Shown one piece after another: positions 40,344-48,354 of a stretch of 52,297 nucleotides of DNA (position 1 is its first letter; each line of letters opens with the position of its first letter). The position numbers were made by a program, and so were the translations under genes. The notes below the pieces were generated by a model that was not told where the DNA came from, did not search any database, and worked only from the letters and a program-made list of their open reading frames with translations. This DNA comes from an uncultured Dehalococcoidales bacterium (GTDB taxonomy: Bacteria; Chloroflexota; Dehalococcoidia; E44-bin15): NCBI GenBank assembly GCA_964649185.1, contig CAZYOO010000004.1, forward strand, positions 1-52,297. Direction: 5' to 3'.

Positions 40344-41012
40344 CTATGATGAATCTCTTGGTGTATCCCCGGCAACTTCGTCCGTCTGCGGTGCGGATGA
40401 TTCCACAGGGGCATCCGCATTGTCACCGTCAGCAGCCTCTACAGACTCCGCGACAGCAGCCTCTGCCGTATCTAAATCTGGCTCAGATTCCATATCCCTT
40501 TTCTTGGCCTTCTTCTGGTCCTTGGCAACAGGCTCGTCATCCTGCTCCGCTACCCGGCCCTCCATGCCCTCAGCGATCACGATGACCTTTAACGCCGGGG
40601 TCAAATCCCTCGATAACTTCACCGTGACCTCGTACTCGCCCAGCTGGTGAATCGGCTCGGGCAGCTCGACCTTGCGTTTATCGATATCGTGTCCGATGAG
40701 GCGCTGCGTTTCTTCGGCGATGTCCGCGCTGGTGACCGAGCCGTACAGGCGTCCCTTATCGCCCGCCTTGGCCTTAATGCTGACCTCGAGACCATCCAGA
40801 ATGCCGGCCAGCCCCTGCATCTCAGCATTGAGCGCCTCGTGCCGCCGCTCCTCTGCCTGGCGGTACTCATCGGCACGCTTCAGCCCGTCCGCTGAGGCTA
40901 ACTCGGCCAACCCCTTCGGCAGAAGGTAATTGCGCCCGTATCCATCGGCCACATCTTTGACCTCCCCCGCTGTGCCGAGCCGGTCCACATCACGTATTAA
41001 GATGACTCTCAT
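40344..41012 (-). CDS. rplI: 50S ribosomal protein L9 with ~70-aa acidic C-terminal extension
   Basis: 'MRVILIRDVDRLGTAGEVKDVADGYGRNYLLPKGLA'. The protein is 222 aa, versus about 150 aa for a typical L9. Confidence 0.9.
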   Translation of the reverse strand: MRVILIRDVDRLGTAGEVKDVADGYGRNYLLPKGLAELASADGLKRADEYRQAEERRHEALNAEMQGLAGILDGLEVSIKAKAGDKGRLYGSVTSADIAEETQRLIGHDIDKRKVELPEPIHQLGEYEVTVKLSRDLTPALKVIVIAEGMEGRVAEQDDEPVAKDQKKAKKRDMESEPDLDTAEAAVAESVEAADGDNADAPVESSAPQTDEVAGDTPRDSS

Positions 41013-41044
41013 AAATTCTCCTTAAACGGGGTCTGAATGACCAT

Positions 41045-41073
41045 ATTATAATCCACCATGATGGTATCCACAA
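41045..41073 (-). promoter_or_regulatory. candidate rplI-dnaB promoter
   Basis: On the minus strand: TTGTGG (41068-41073), 17-nt spacer, TATAAT (41045-41050). Confidence 0.45.
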
Positions 41074-41140
41074 GGACACCCGCCCTTACCGTTCCACTTA
41101 GTGCCGGACGATGCGCACCGCACCGAACACGGTGCTGTCT

Positions 41141-41177
41141 AAAACACGAAGGCCCGACTATCATGGACGGTCGGGCC
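41141..41177 (-). terminator. possible terminator after yqeY-like gene
   Basis: The minus strand reads GGCCCGAC-N11-GTCGGGCC followed by TTCGTGTTTT. The U-tract is weak. Confidence 0.35.
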
Positions 41178-41201
41178 GACCCGGTTATCGATCTAACGGT
41201 G

Positions 41202-41657
41202 CTACATCCCAGCCAGCAATTCGGTAACCGCCTCGTTCACCGCTTGACCGTCCGCCTTGCCCTTCACCTGAGGCATCAGCTGGCCCATCACCTTCCCTTT
41301 TTCGGCCGGCCCCCTGGCGCCGACCTGTTCTATCACCTGCCTCGCCAGCGACCGTATCTCTTCACGGCTCATCTGCTGTGGCAGATATTCCATCAGTATG
41401 GCGAGCTCTTCCTCGTTCCTGTCTACCAGGTCCTGCCGCTTGCCCTTGGCGAACTCAGTGATGCTCTCGCGATGCTGCTTCGCCTCCCGGGTGAGCACCT
41501 CGATTACGCCGGCGTCGTCCAGTGCGGCGCGCTTATCGATCTCGGCATTCTTGATCCCGGCCACCACCAGCCTCAGTACTGTCATACGCGCCTTATCGCC
41601 GCTCTTCTGCGCCTGCCTCAGATCTGCCGATATCCTCTCCTTCAGCATCATCGCCAC
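41202..41657 (-). CDS. GatB/YqeY domain-containing protein
   Basis: Carries 'LKERISADLRQAQKSGDK', 'LRLVVAGIKNAEID' and 'EELAILMEYLPQQMS'. The classic rpsU-yqeY pairing is present. Confidence 0.85.
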   Translation of the reverse strand: MAMMLKERISADLRQAQKSGDKARMTVLRLVVAGIKNAEIDKRAALDDAGVIEVLTREAKQHRESITEFAKGKRQDLVDRNEEELAILMEYLPQQMSREEIRSLARQVIEQVGARGPAEKGKVMGQLMPQVKGKADGQAVNEAVTELLAGM

Positions 41658-41671
41658 CTGGTACAGGGTCC

Positions 41672-41854
41672 TCAGCTATTGCGGACGCTCTTGCGCCTTT
41701 TTGCCGCTTCTTTCTTCTTGCGCGTGGTGCACGGCTTCTCGAAATACTCCCTTCGCCTAAATTCGGAGAGTATACCGGCCTGCTGCACCTTGCGATTGAA
41801 CCGCCTGAGAAGGTTATCGAAGCTCTCGCTTTCCTCAAGCCTTACCTCAGCCAC
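41672..41854 (-). CDS. rpsU: 30S ribosomal protein S21
   Basis: 60 aa with 'ESFDNLLRRFNRKVQQAGILSEFRRREYFEKP'. GTG start after AGGAAAGGGGGG. Confidence 0.9.
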   Translation of the reverse strand: MAEVRLEESESFDNLLRRFNRKVQQAGILSEFRRREYFEKPCTTRKKKEAAKRRKSVRNS

Positions 41855-41890
41855 ACAATCCCCCCTTTCCTACCGTGCGATGTCGTCAGT

Positions 41891-41919
41891 ATTCTAGCCA
41901 CCCGCCGTTTAAGTGTCAA
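41891..41919 (-). promoter_or_regulatory. candidate rpsU promoter
   Basis: On the minus strand: TTGACA (41914-41919), 17-nt spacer, TAGAAT (41891-41896). Confidence 0.5.
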
Positions 41920-41928
41920 GTGAAAAGG

Positions 41929-42051
41929 CTTTTCGGCAGTGGCATATTTTCCGCAGCCGCGTGCGCGACAAGTATCGTCTGCGCTGAGGCGTTTCACTTC
42001 CGTGTTCGGGATGGGAACGGGTGGGGCCACCTCGCTCAAACCACCGAAAAG
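41929..42051 (-). rRNA. rrf: 5S ribosomal RNA
   Basis: The minus strand reads CTTTTCGGTGG...GGTGGCCCCACCCGTTCCCATCCCGAACACGGAAGTGAAACGCCTCAGCGC...CCACTGCCGAAAAG. The central block is near-identical to the universal bacterial 5S loop C / helix III core (E. coli: CCCAUGCCGAACUCAGAAGUGAAACGCC). The two ends pair as helix I. Confidence 0.85.
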
Positions 42052-42060
42052 CCATGAAGT

Positions 42061-42089
42061 ATTCTAGCAGAAACATATATCGGTGTAAA
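42061..42089 (-). promoter_or_regulatory. candidate dedicated 5S rRNA promoter
   Basis: On the minus strand: TTTACA (42084-42089), 17-nt spacer, TAGAAT (42061-42066). The -10 ends 9 nt before the predicted 5S 5' end. Confidence 0.55.
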
Positions 42090-42102
42090 GTGCTTATAAG
42101 CC

Positions 42103-42132
42103 TTAACATCAAGATTGACGTAATGTTATAAT
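42103..42132 (+). promoter_or_regulatory. candidate promoter of the NuoE/NuoF-like operon
   Basis: TTAACA (42103-42108), 18-nt spacer, TATAAT (42127-42132). It sits back-to-back with the 5S promoter. Confidence 0.5.
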
Positions 42133-42179
42133 AATCCACAGGTTCAAAAATCTTCGAGCGTCTTTTTAGAATACATCCC

Positions 42180-42686
42180 ATGTCAGAAGAGGCAGAGATA
42201 AAACGGCAGACACATCGCATCCTTGAGTCACACCCTAGGGAACGAGTTAAGCTCATCCGCATCTTGCAGGAAACGCAGGTCAAGCTCGGTTATCTGCCGC
42301 GGGAGGCGATGCAGGAGATAGCCGGTTACCTGCGGATTCCGGCCAGCGAGGTGTATTCCGTAGCCACTTTCTATAACCAGTTCCGCTTTATCCCCCCGGG
42401 CAGGCATCAGATAAAGGTGTGCCTGGGGACGGCATGCCAGATCAAGGGCGGAAAGATCATCCTAGAATCGTGGGAGCGGGAGCTGGATATCAAAGAGGGT
42501 GAGACCAGCGCTGACCGGGAGTTCAGCCTGGAACGGGTGGCCTGCGTCGGCTGCTGCGCCATGGCCCCGGTGACGGTGGTGGATGAGCGGGTGGAGGGTA
42601 ACGTATCGCCGACCCGGGTCAAGGGGGTCCTCCTCGCCTTTGACCTCGAGAGAAGAAAGGGAAATGGCAAAGAAGAACCCGAATAA
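42180..42686 (+). CDS. NuoE/HydC-like thioredoxin-fold [2Fe-2S] protein
   Basis: The 'CLGTACQIKGG' and 'ACVGCCAMAP' motifs give the four Cys of the NuoE-type cluster. Confidence 0.9.
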   Translation: MSEEAEIKRQTHRILESHPRERVKLIRILQETQVKLGYLPREAMQEIAGYLRIPASEVYSVATFYNQFRFIPPGRHQIKVCLGTACQIKGGKIILESWERELDIKEGETSADREFSLERVACVGCCAMAPVTVVDERVEGNVSPTRVKGVLLAFDLERRKGNGKEEPE

Positions 42687-44613
42687 ATCTCCACAGGCGA
42701 CCTTCGAACATCTTCGGCAGCGAGCGGTGTCCGATTGGGAGTCATGGGTGAACAACCCAAAACCCCGTATCACTATCGGCACCGCTACCTGCGGCCGGGC
42801 GGCCGGCGCGATGGAAACCCTGGACGCCCTCCGGCAGGAGCTTGCGGACAAACACGTCGATGCCGAGCTGAGCCAGGTGGGGTGCATGGGCTACTGCTAC
42901 GCCGACCCGTATGTGGTCGTCTCCAAGCCGGGCAATCCCCCCATCTGCTACGGCTATGTCACACCGGGGGTGGCCTCAAGGCTCATCTCCGATTACATCC
43001 TGGGAGATGACCCATGCTTCGAATTCGCCCTCGGCGCCCTCGAGGAGAACGACCTGATACCATCGATATTCGACCAGCCCAGATTCCAGTACGAGAAACG
43101 CATCATCCTGCGCCGCTGCGGCCACATAGATCCCGAGGAAATCAATCAGTACATAGCTAACGACGGTTACGCCGCGCTGGCCAAGGCGCTTCAGCTTGAG
43201 CCCGGTGATATCATCTCTGAAATCGACCGCTCAGGCCTCAGGGGGCGCGGCGGCGCCGGCTTCCCCACCGGCGAGAAGTTCAACATATGCCGCTCCGCCG
43301 GAAACTCCACCAAGTATGTGATATGCAACGCCGACGAGGGAGACCCCGGCGCCTTCATGGACCGCGCTATCATCGAGAGCGACCCGCACTCCGTTATCGA
43401 AGGCATGATCATCGCCGCCTACGCCGTGGGCGCCCACAACGGCTACATCTACGTGCGCATCGAGTATCCCCTGGCCGTCGAACGGATCATGACGGCGATC
43501 CAACAGGCCAGGGAGCTCGGCCTGCTCGGCGATAACATATTGAACAGCGGCTTCAGCTTCGACATCGAGGTGGTGCGCGGCTCGGGCGCGTTCGTCTGCG
43601 GCGAGGAAACGGCGATGATCGCATCTCTCGAGGGCAAACGGGGATGGCCCCATCACCGCCCCCCCTTCCCCGCCACCGAAGGACTGTGGGGACAGCCGAC
43701 CCTGATCGACAACGTCAAGACGCTGGCATACCTGTCGCCGATACTGGCCAACGGGGCGGACTGGTTCGCCGATATAGGCACCGACACATCCAAAGGCACC
43801 GCCGTCTTCGCCCTGGCGGGAAAGGTGCTGAACACCGGCCTAACCGAGGTCCCCATGGGCACCACACTGCGGCAGGTCATCTTCGACGTCGGCGGCGGCA
43901 TCCCCAACGGCCGCAGATTCAAAGCGGTGCAGATCGGGGGCCCATCCGGGGGCTGCATACCGGAGAGCCTGCTGGACCTGCCCATCGACTTCGATTCCCT
44001 CACCGGCGCCGGAGCAATGATGGGTTCCGGGGGCATGGTGATCCTCGACGAGGATAATTGCATGGTGGACACCGCTCGCTATTTCCTCGACTTCACCCGC
44101 CACGAATCGTGCGGCAAGTGCACCTTCTGCCGCCTTGGCACGGCGCAGATGCTGGACGTCCTCGAAGACATCACTGTGGGCAAGGGCAAGCCGGAGCACC
44201 TGCCGCTCCTCGAGGGGGTGGCAGCCGATATCAGGGAGGGGTCGCTGTGCGGCCTGGGCAAGACCGCGCCGAACCCGGTGCTGACCACCCTGCGATATTT
44301 CAAGGACGAGTATGCCGCCCATATCGAGGAGAAACGCTGCCCGGCCAGGGTCTGCGAGGCGCTGACCGCATTCTACATCGTCCCCCAGAGATGCGAGCGT
44401 TCCTGCGATGCCTGCGTCGGCACCTGCCCCACCGATGCCATCTTCAGCGGCAGGAAGGGAATCAAGGTCATCGATCAGGACAAATGCGTGAAGTGCGGCA
44501 CCTGCGTCACCGCATGCCCGCCTCAGTATCACGCCATAGACAGGATCTCCCCGCTCAGCGAACTGCCGCCAGCGGAGCCGAGGCCTGCGGATATTAAGAA
44601 GGACGATGAGTGA
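42664..44613 (+). CDS. NuoF/HydB-like NAD(P)H-binding flavoprotein with N-terminal 2Fe-2S domain and C-terminal 2x[4Fe-4S] domain
   Basis: 'GLRGRGGAGFPTGEKF' FMN/NADH site, 'ESCGKCTFCRLG' N3 cluster, and C-terminal 'CDACVGTCP' / 'CVKCGTCVTACP'. ATG 42664 overlaps the upstream gene by 23 nt. Confidence 0.9.
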   Translation: MAKKNPNKSPQATFEHLRQRAVSDWESWVNNPKPRITIGTATCGRAAGAMETLDALRQELADKHVDAELSQVGCMGYCYADPYVVVSKPGNPPICYGYVTPGVASRLISDYILGDDPCFEFALGALEENDLIPSIFDQPRFQYEKRIILRRCGHIDPEEINQYIANDGYAALAKALQLEPGDIISEIDRSGLRGRGGAGFPTGEKFNICRSAGNSTKYVICNADEGDPGAFMDRAIIESDPHSVIEGMIIAAYAVGAHNGYIYVRIEYPLAVERIMTAIQQARELGLLGDNILNSGFSFDIEVVRGSGAFVCGEETAMIASLEGKRGWPHHRPPFPATEGLWGQPTLIDNVKTLAYLSPILANGADWFADIGTDTSKGTAVFALAGKVLNTGLTEVPMGTTLRQVIFDVGGGIPNGRRFKAVQIGGPSGGCIPESLLDLPIDFDSLTGAGAMMGSGGMVILDEDNCMVDTARYFLDFTRHESCGKCTFCRLGTAQMLDVLEDITVGKGKPEHLPLLEGVAADIREGSLCGLGKTAPNPVLTTLRYFKDEYAAHIEEKRCPARVCEALTAFYIVPQRCERSCDACVGTCPTDAIFSGRKGIKVIDQDKCVKCGTCVTACPPQYHAIDRISPLSELPPAEPRPADIKKDDE

Positions 44614-45262
44614 AAATACTGTGCATCTGACCATTGACGGACAGCCCGTCGAGGCGAAGCGGGGGCAGAAGGTGCTGTTCGCCGCGCTCGATGCCGGCAT
44701 ACACATCCCCAACCTGTGCGCCATACGCGATGCCAAGCCTCATACCGGCTGCCGCATGTGTTTCGTGGAGATCGAGGGGCGCAGCAGACCGGTTACATCC
44801 TGCACCGAAGAGGTGGCAGAGGGCATGGTGGTGCGTACCGACACCGACCGTGTCCGCCGCCTGCAGCGCACGGCACTGGAATTGATCCTGGCATCGCATC
44901 CAACCGACTGCGCCAACTGCCCGGCCAACGGCAACTGCGATCTGCAACGCAATGCGGCATTCCTCAAGGTCAAGCTCAAGCCCAAGCGTTTCCGCGCCAA
45001 GTATCGCGATCTGCCGATCGACGACAGCCACCCTAATATATTGCTCAACCCCAGTAAGTGCATCGTGTGCGGGAAGTGCATATGGGCCTGCCTGGAGCAG
45101 CGGGGCATAGGGGCACTGAACTACGCCTTCCGCGGCGACCGGACGGTGGTCGTGCCCTTCGGAGGCGACCGTCTGGTCGACACCGACTGCGACGGCTGCG
45201 GCCTGTGCGCCGACATCTGCCCGGCGGCGGCCATCGTCCGAAAGCAACCACAGTCAAAATAG
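44606..45262 (+). CDS. FeS-cluster-only NuoG/HydA N-terminal-like protein (2Fe-2S + His-ligated 4Fe-4S + 2x4Fe-4S), no catalytic domain
   Basis: Carries 'C-x10-C-x2-C-x13-C' (LCAIRD...CRMCFVEI...SC), 'HPTDCANCPANGNC', 'CIVCGKCIWAC' and 'CDGCGLCADICP'. It ends at 218 aa with TAG. Confidence 0.85.
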   Translation: MSENTVHLTIDGQPVEAKRGQKVLFAALDAGIHIPNLCAIRDAKPHTGCRMCFVEIEGRSRPVTSCTEEVAEGMVVRTDTDRVRRLQRTALELILASHPTDCANCPANGNCDLQRNAAFLKVKLKPKRFRAKYRDLPIDDSHPNILLNPSKCIVCGKCIWACLEQRGIGALNYAFRGDRTVVVPFGGDRLVDTDCDGCGLCADICPAAAIVRKQPQSK

Positions 45263-45272
45263 ACAGGCGACT

Positions 45273-46082
45273 ATGGATATACCGGCCGCAGAATGGAACG
45301 CCGCCATCCCGATCAGGAGGGCCCGCCGCCAGTACGGCCTGACGCAGCTTGCCCCCGACACGATTGCCCGCATCAGGGACATCTGCCGCGGATTCGTACC
45401 CTTTGCCGGGGCGCATGCCGAGCTGGTGACCGAATCCGCCGATGCGGTCCTCGGCGGCATTAGAGGCAGCTACGGCATCATCAAAGGTGCCGGCGCCTTC
45501 ATCGCCTTCATCGGCGATATCGATGACCCACACGTACAGGAGAAGGTCGGTTATACGGGCGAAGGTATCGTATTGGAGGCCACGACCATGGGGCTGGCCA
45601 CCTGCTGGGTGGCCGGCTCGTTTCGCCGCAAGGCCGCTTCAGCGGCTGTCGGATTGGCTCGAAACGAAAAAATAATAGCGGTCACTCCCATCGGCTATGC
45701 CCCTGACAGTTTCACGTTCGGAGAGAAACTGCTGCCGGCTGTGGCCCGCGCTCACAGGCGCAAACCCCTGCCAGAGCTGACCTTCGGCATGGAAGAAAGC
45801 GCATGGCCCCGGTGGATGCGGGCGGGGCTGGAGTCCGCCAGGCTGGCCCCTTCTGCATACAACCGACAGCCGTGGCGCTTCCACCTGGAGCCGAACAGCA
45901 TTACCGTATCGGTGGATAGCACCGGGCGCGAATTTACCTTCTCCAAGCGACTCGACTGCGGCATCGCCATGCTGCACATCGAGGTCGCCGCCCTCGACTG
46001 CGGCGTGCGCGGCAGGTGGGAATTTCTCGAATCGCCGCAGGTGGCCCGGCTCACCGTGCCGCCCGAAACAGGCCGGCCCTAG
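45273..46082 (+). CDS. nitroreductase-fold protein (TM1586-like family)
   Basis: Carries 'IRRARRQY', 'GLATCWVAGSF' and 'APSAYNRQPWRF'. Confidence 0.75.
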   Translation: MDIPAAEWNAAIPIRRARRQYGLTQLAPDTIARIRDICRGFVPFAGAHAELVTESADAVLGGIRGSYGIIKGAGAFIAFIGDIDDPHVQEKVGYTGEGIVLEATTMGLATCWVAGSFRRKAASAAVGLARNEKIIAVTPIGYAPDSFTFGEKLLPAVARAHRRKPLPELTFGMEESAWPRWMRAGLESARLAPSAYNRQPWRFHLEPNSITVSVDSTGREFTFSKRLDCGIAMLHIEVAALDCGVRGRWEFLESPQVARLTVPPETGRP

Positions 46083-46238
46083 CGCCGAACCGAGCGTCAG
46101 TAGCTATCCCCGGAACCGTCACGCCGACCGGTGGCAGCCCCGTCAGACCCCTATCCTTCAGCCGCCTTTTTCGTTATATCCATAAATAGGATATAATTAG
46201 CACCGGGTATCATCCGAACGTGATTTTGAGGTTATCCG

Positions 46239-46784
46239 GTGCATAGTGAAGAGGAGCTGGTACGTCGGGCACAGCAGGGAGATACGGAGGCTTTCGCCCT
46301 GCTGTGTGAGGCGCACTTCGACAGGATATACCGGTACGTGGCGCTGAAGGTCAGAAACCGGGCCGACGCCGAGGACCTGACCCAGCAAGCGTTCCTTAAG
46401 GCCACCGAGGCCATCGGTTCCTACCGCTGGAAGGGGCTGCCGTTCGCCTCCTGGCTGTTCAGGATCGCCCATAACCAGGTTGTCGATCACTTCAGGAAGG
46501 TGAGCAAGGAAGGAGAAGTGCCGCTGGACGAGGCGATAACCGTAGCGCCCGATGATCCGGCATCGATAACCGAGCAGCGGATGACGGTGGCGCAACTGGC
46601 GGCAGCGTGCGACCAGCTCTCGGAGGCGCAGCGGGAGGTCATATACCTGCGCTTCGGCAGCGAGCTCTCGATCGCCGAGACCGCCGTCGTGATGGGCAAG
46701 AGGCAGGGCGCCATCAAGGCGCTGCAGCACGACGCCGTGGTTAAACTGCGGCGGATAGTATTTCAGGAAGATACAGGAAAATGA
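46239..46784 (+). CDS. ECF-type RNA polymerase sigma factor
   Basis: Region 2 has 'FALLCEAHFDRIYRYV...AEDLTQQAF' and region 4 has 'LSEAQREVIYLRFGSELSIAETAVVMGKRQGAIKALQHDA'. GTG start. Confidence 0.9.
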   Translation: MHSEEELVRRAQQGDTEAFALLCEAHFDRIYRYVALKVRNRADAEDLTQQAFLKATEAIGSYRWKGLPFASWLFRIAHNQVVDHFRKVSKEGEVPLDEAITVAPDDPASITEQRMTVAQLAAACDQLSEAQREVIYLRFGSELSIAETAVVMGKRQGAIKALQHDAVVKLRRIVFQEDTGK

Positions 46785-47689
46785 TGAACAGAGGGTTCAA
46801 GCGGATACTCAGCGAGTGCATCGATGCGCTGCTCGAGGGGGAGAGCCTGGAGCAGTGCCTGCAGCGCTACCCGCAGCATGCGGAGCGCCTCGAGCCCCTG
46901 CTGCGCGCGGCCATATCCGCACGCGAGGCCACGCAAGCCATACAACCGCCTCCCCAGCTCAAGGCGCGGGTCACCGACATGGTGCAGTCGCAGATGGAGG
47001 CCCGGCAGCGCCGGATCAGGGCCAACCACGTGTCCTTCTTCGACTGGATGCCGCAGTGGGCCAGCATGGGCATAGTGGCAGTGCTGACCGTCATCTTCTG
47101 CGGTGGCTGCGTCTTCGCCGCCTCCTCCGGCAGCAGTCCCGGGGACATCCTGTACCCGGTGAAGCTCGCCTTCGAGGACATACAGCTGGCCTTCACCTTC
47201 TCCGAAACGGGGAAGGCTAACCTGCACGCCGACCTCGCCAGCCGCCGCATCACGGAGATGGAGCGCATGGCATCCGACATCGACTCCACCAGCATCGAGA
47301 CCCTCACCTCGGACCTCCAGGAACACCTGCAGGGCGTGGAGCAGTTGGCGGTGTCCATCGCGCAGAATGAGCAACAGCAGGACGGCGACGGCGAACTGGA
47401 ACAGCTGGAGCAAAACCTGAGGCGCAACTATTTCAAGGACACCGACCTCACCATCAGCGCCGAGGCCAAGGCGCCTCCCGAAGCCAAAGACGATATCGCC
47501 GTCGCCCGGACGACGATGTGGACCAGCTACAAGGCGGTGTTCAACACCATCGAGACGCAGCGCGGTGCCCGTCGGCCGGTCCTGCCCACGCCAACACCGA
47601 CGACAACACCCACCGCGAGCGCCAGCATCAACGCCACCGCGACACCCGACGCCATCATAAATACATCGCAGCCGGAGGTACTGCCCTAA
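46781..47689 (+). CDS. putative membrane-anchored anti-sigma factor-like protein
   Basis: The start overlaps the sigma stop (ATGATGA). There is an N-terminal helical segment, one TM helix ('MGIVAVLTVIFCGGCVFAA'), a coiled extracytoplasmic part and a Pro/Thr-rich tail. Confidence 0.55.
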   Translation: MMNRGFKRILSECIDALLEGESLEQCLQRYPQHAERLEPLLRAAISAREATQAIQPPPQLKARVTDMVQSQMEARQRRIRANHVSFFDWMPQWASMGIVAVLTVIFCGGCVFAASSGSSPGDILYPVKLAFEDIQLAFTFSETGKANLHADLASRRITEMERMASDIDSTSIETLTSDLQEHLQGVEQLAVSIAQNEQQQDGDGELEQLEQNLRRNYFKDTDLTISAEAKAPPEAKDDIAVARTTMWTSYKAVFNTIETQRGARRPVLPTPTPTTTPTASASINATATPDAIINTSQPEVLP

Positions 47690-47771
47690 CCTTTTGGCCG
47701 CCGTGTCGTTATAGTTAGTTAAAAGGCCCATGAAGAGAGCCTGCCTTAACAGCAGGTTCTTTCGTCTTCAA

Positions 47772-48197
47772 TCAGACACGCTCCCAGATTAGATACCCCG
47801 TTTTCTGCTTCTCGTCGCGCGGGTCGGGGTCAGTGCTCAGGTACAGCCGGTTGCCCTCGAACCTGAAGTTCCGCTTCTGGTCCTTGCCTACCCAGTTGGG
47901 AAACAGGCACACATCCACATGATGCACCACCTTACCTCCCTGTACCTCGTACCTGCCGGCGTAGGATATGTATTTGTCGACGGCGGCGACCTTCTCCTCC
48001 GCCGTACCCTGTTTGAGCTCCCGCGCCTCGAACCGGGGGCGGTCCGGCGCCATCATCGCTACCGACACGTGACCGTCACCGGTATACATCAAACGACCCT
48101 CCGGCCCCTCCCCCCAGGGGTATATAACCTTCCCGTCCGCGCTCCTTACTTCGTACGATACCAGCTTCCACGTGCCTGTAAACGAATCGCTAACCAT
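47772..48197 (-). CDS. lipocalin-like domain protein
   Basis: The 'FTGTWKLVSYE...G...YPWGE.PEGRLMYTGDGHVSV' pattern is typical of the bacterial lipocalin-like family. Confidence 0.65.
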   Translation of the reverse strand: MVSDSFTGTWKLVSYEVRSADGKVIYPWGEGPEGRLMYTGDGHVSVAMMAPDRPRFEARELKQGTAEEKVAAVDKYISYAGRYEVQGGKVVHHVDVCLFPNWVGKDQKRNFRFEGNRLYLSTDPDPRDEKQKTGYLIWERV

Positions 48198-48295
48198 CTA
48201 CTGCTCCATTCTATAGAAAGGATTATTCCCTCATCCGCGCCGATCTCAGATTACGGGATTATATGCCACAAGAGAGCGAAAATCAAGCGTGCAAC

Positions 48296-48323
48296 TTGAC
48301 AGACAGCGAAAAGGGTATATAAT
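48296..48323 (+). promoter_or_regulatory. candidate promoter of the PD40 propeller gene
   Basis: TTGACA (48296-48301), 16-nt spacer, TATAAT (48318-48323). Confidence 0.45.
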
Positions 48324-48354
48324 GCGCTTGCACAGACATAACAGGAGGTGGGTC

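Noticed and set aside
41842-42057. Two small ORFs (65 aa minus, 60 aa plus) between rpsU and the NuoE-like gene
   Set aside because: They are fully covered by the 5S rRNA gene and its promoters.
43840-44736. 298-aa minus-strand ORF
   Set aside because: It is antisense to the NuoF-like gene and to the start of the FeS protein. It has no motifs and shadow composition.
45260-45275. Possible stop-codon read-through (Sec/Pyl) joining the FeS-only protein to a downstream catalytic domain
   Set aside because: The stop is TAG, and the next ORF (45273) is in a different frame with its own ATG. It encodes a nitroreductase fold rather than an Fdh or Hyd catalytic domain. No Pyl or Sec machinery or SECIS-like hairpin was noticed.
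46113-46150. GGAAC...CGTC elements upstream of the ECF sigma gene as an autoregulated ECF promoter
   Set aside because: The spacing between GGAAC and the only suitably placed CGTC is about 23 nt rather than about 16-17 nt, so it does not fit the consensus.
46763-47731. 322-aa minus-strand ORF
   Set aside because: It is antisense to the anti-sigma-like gene, which is translationally coupled to the sigma factor. I considered it a shadow ORF.
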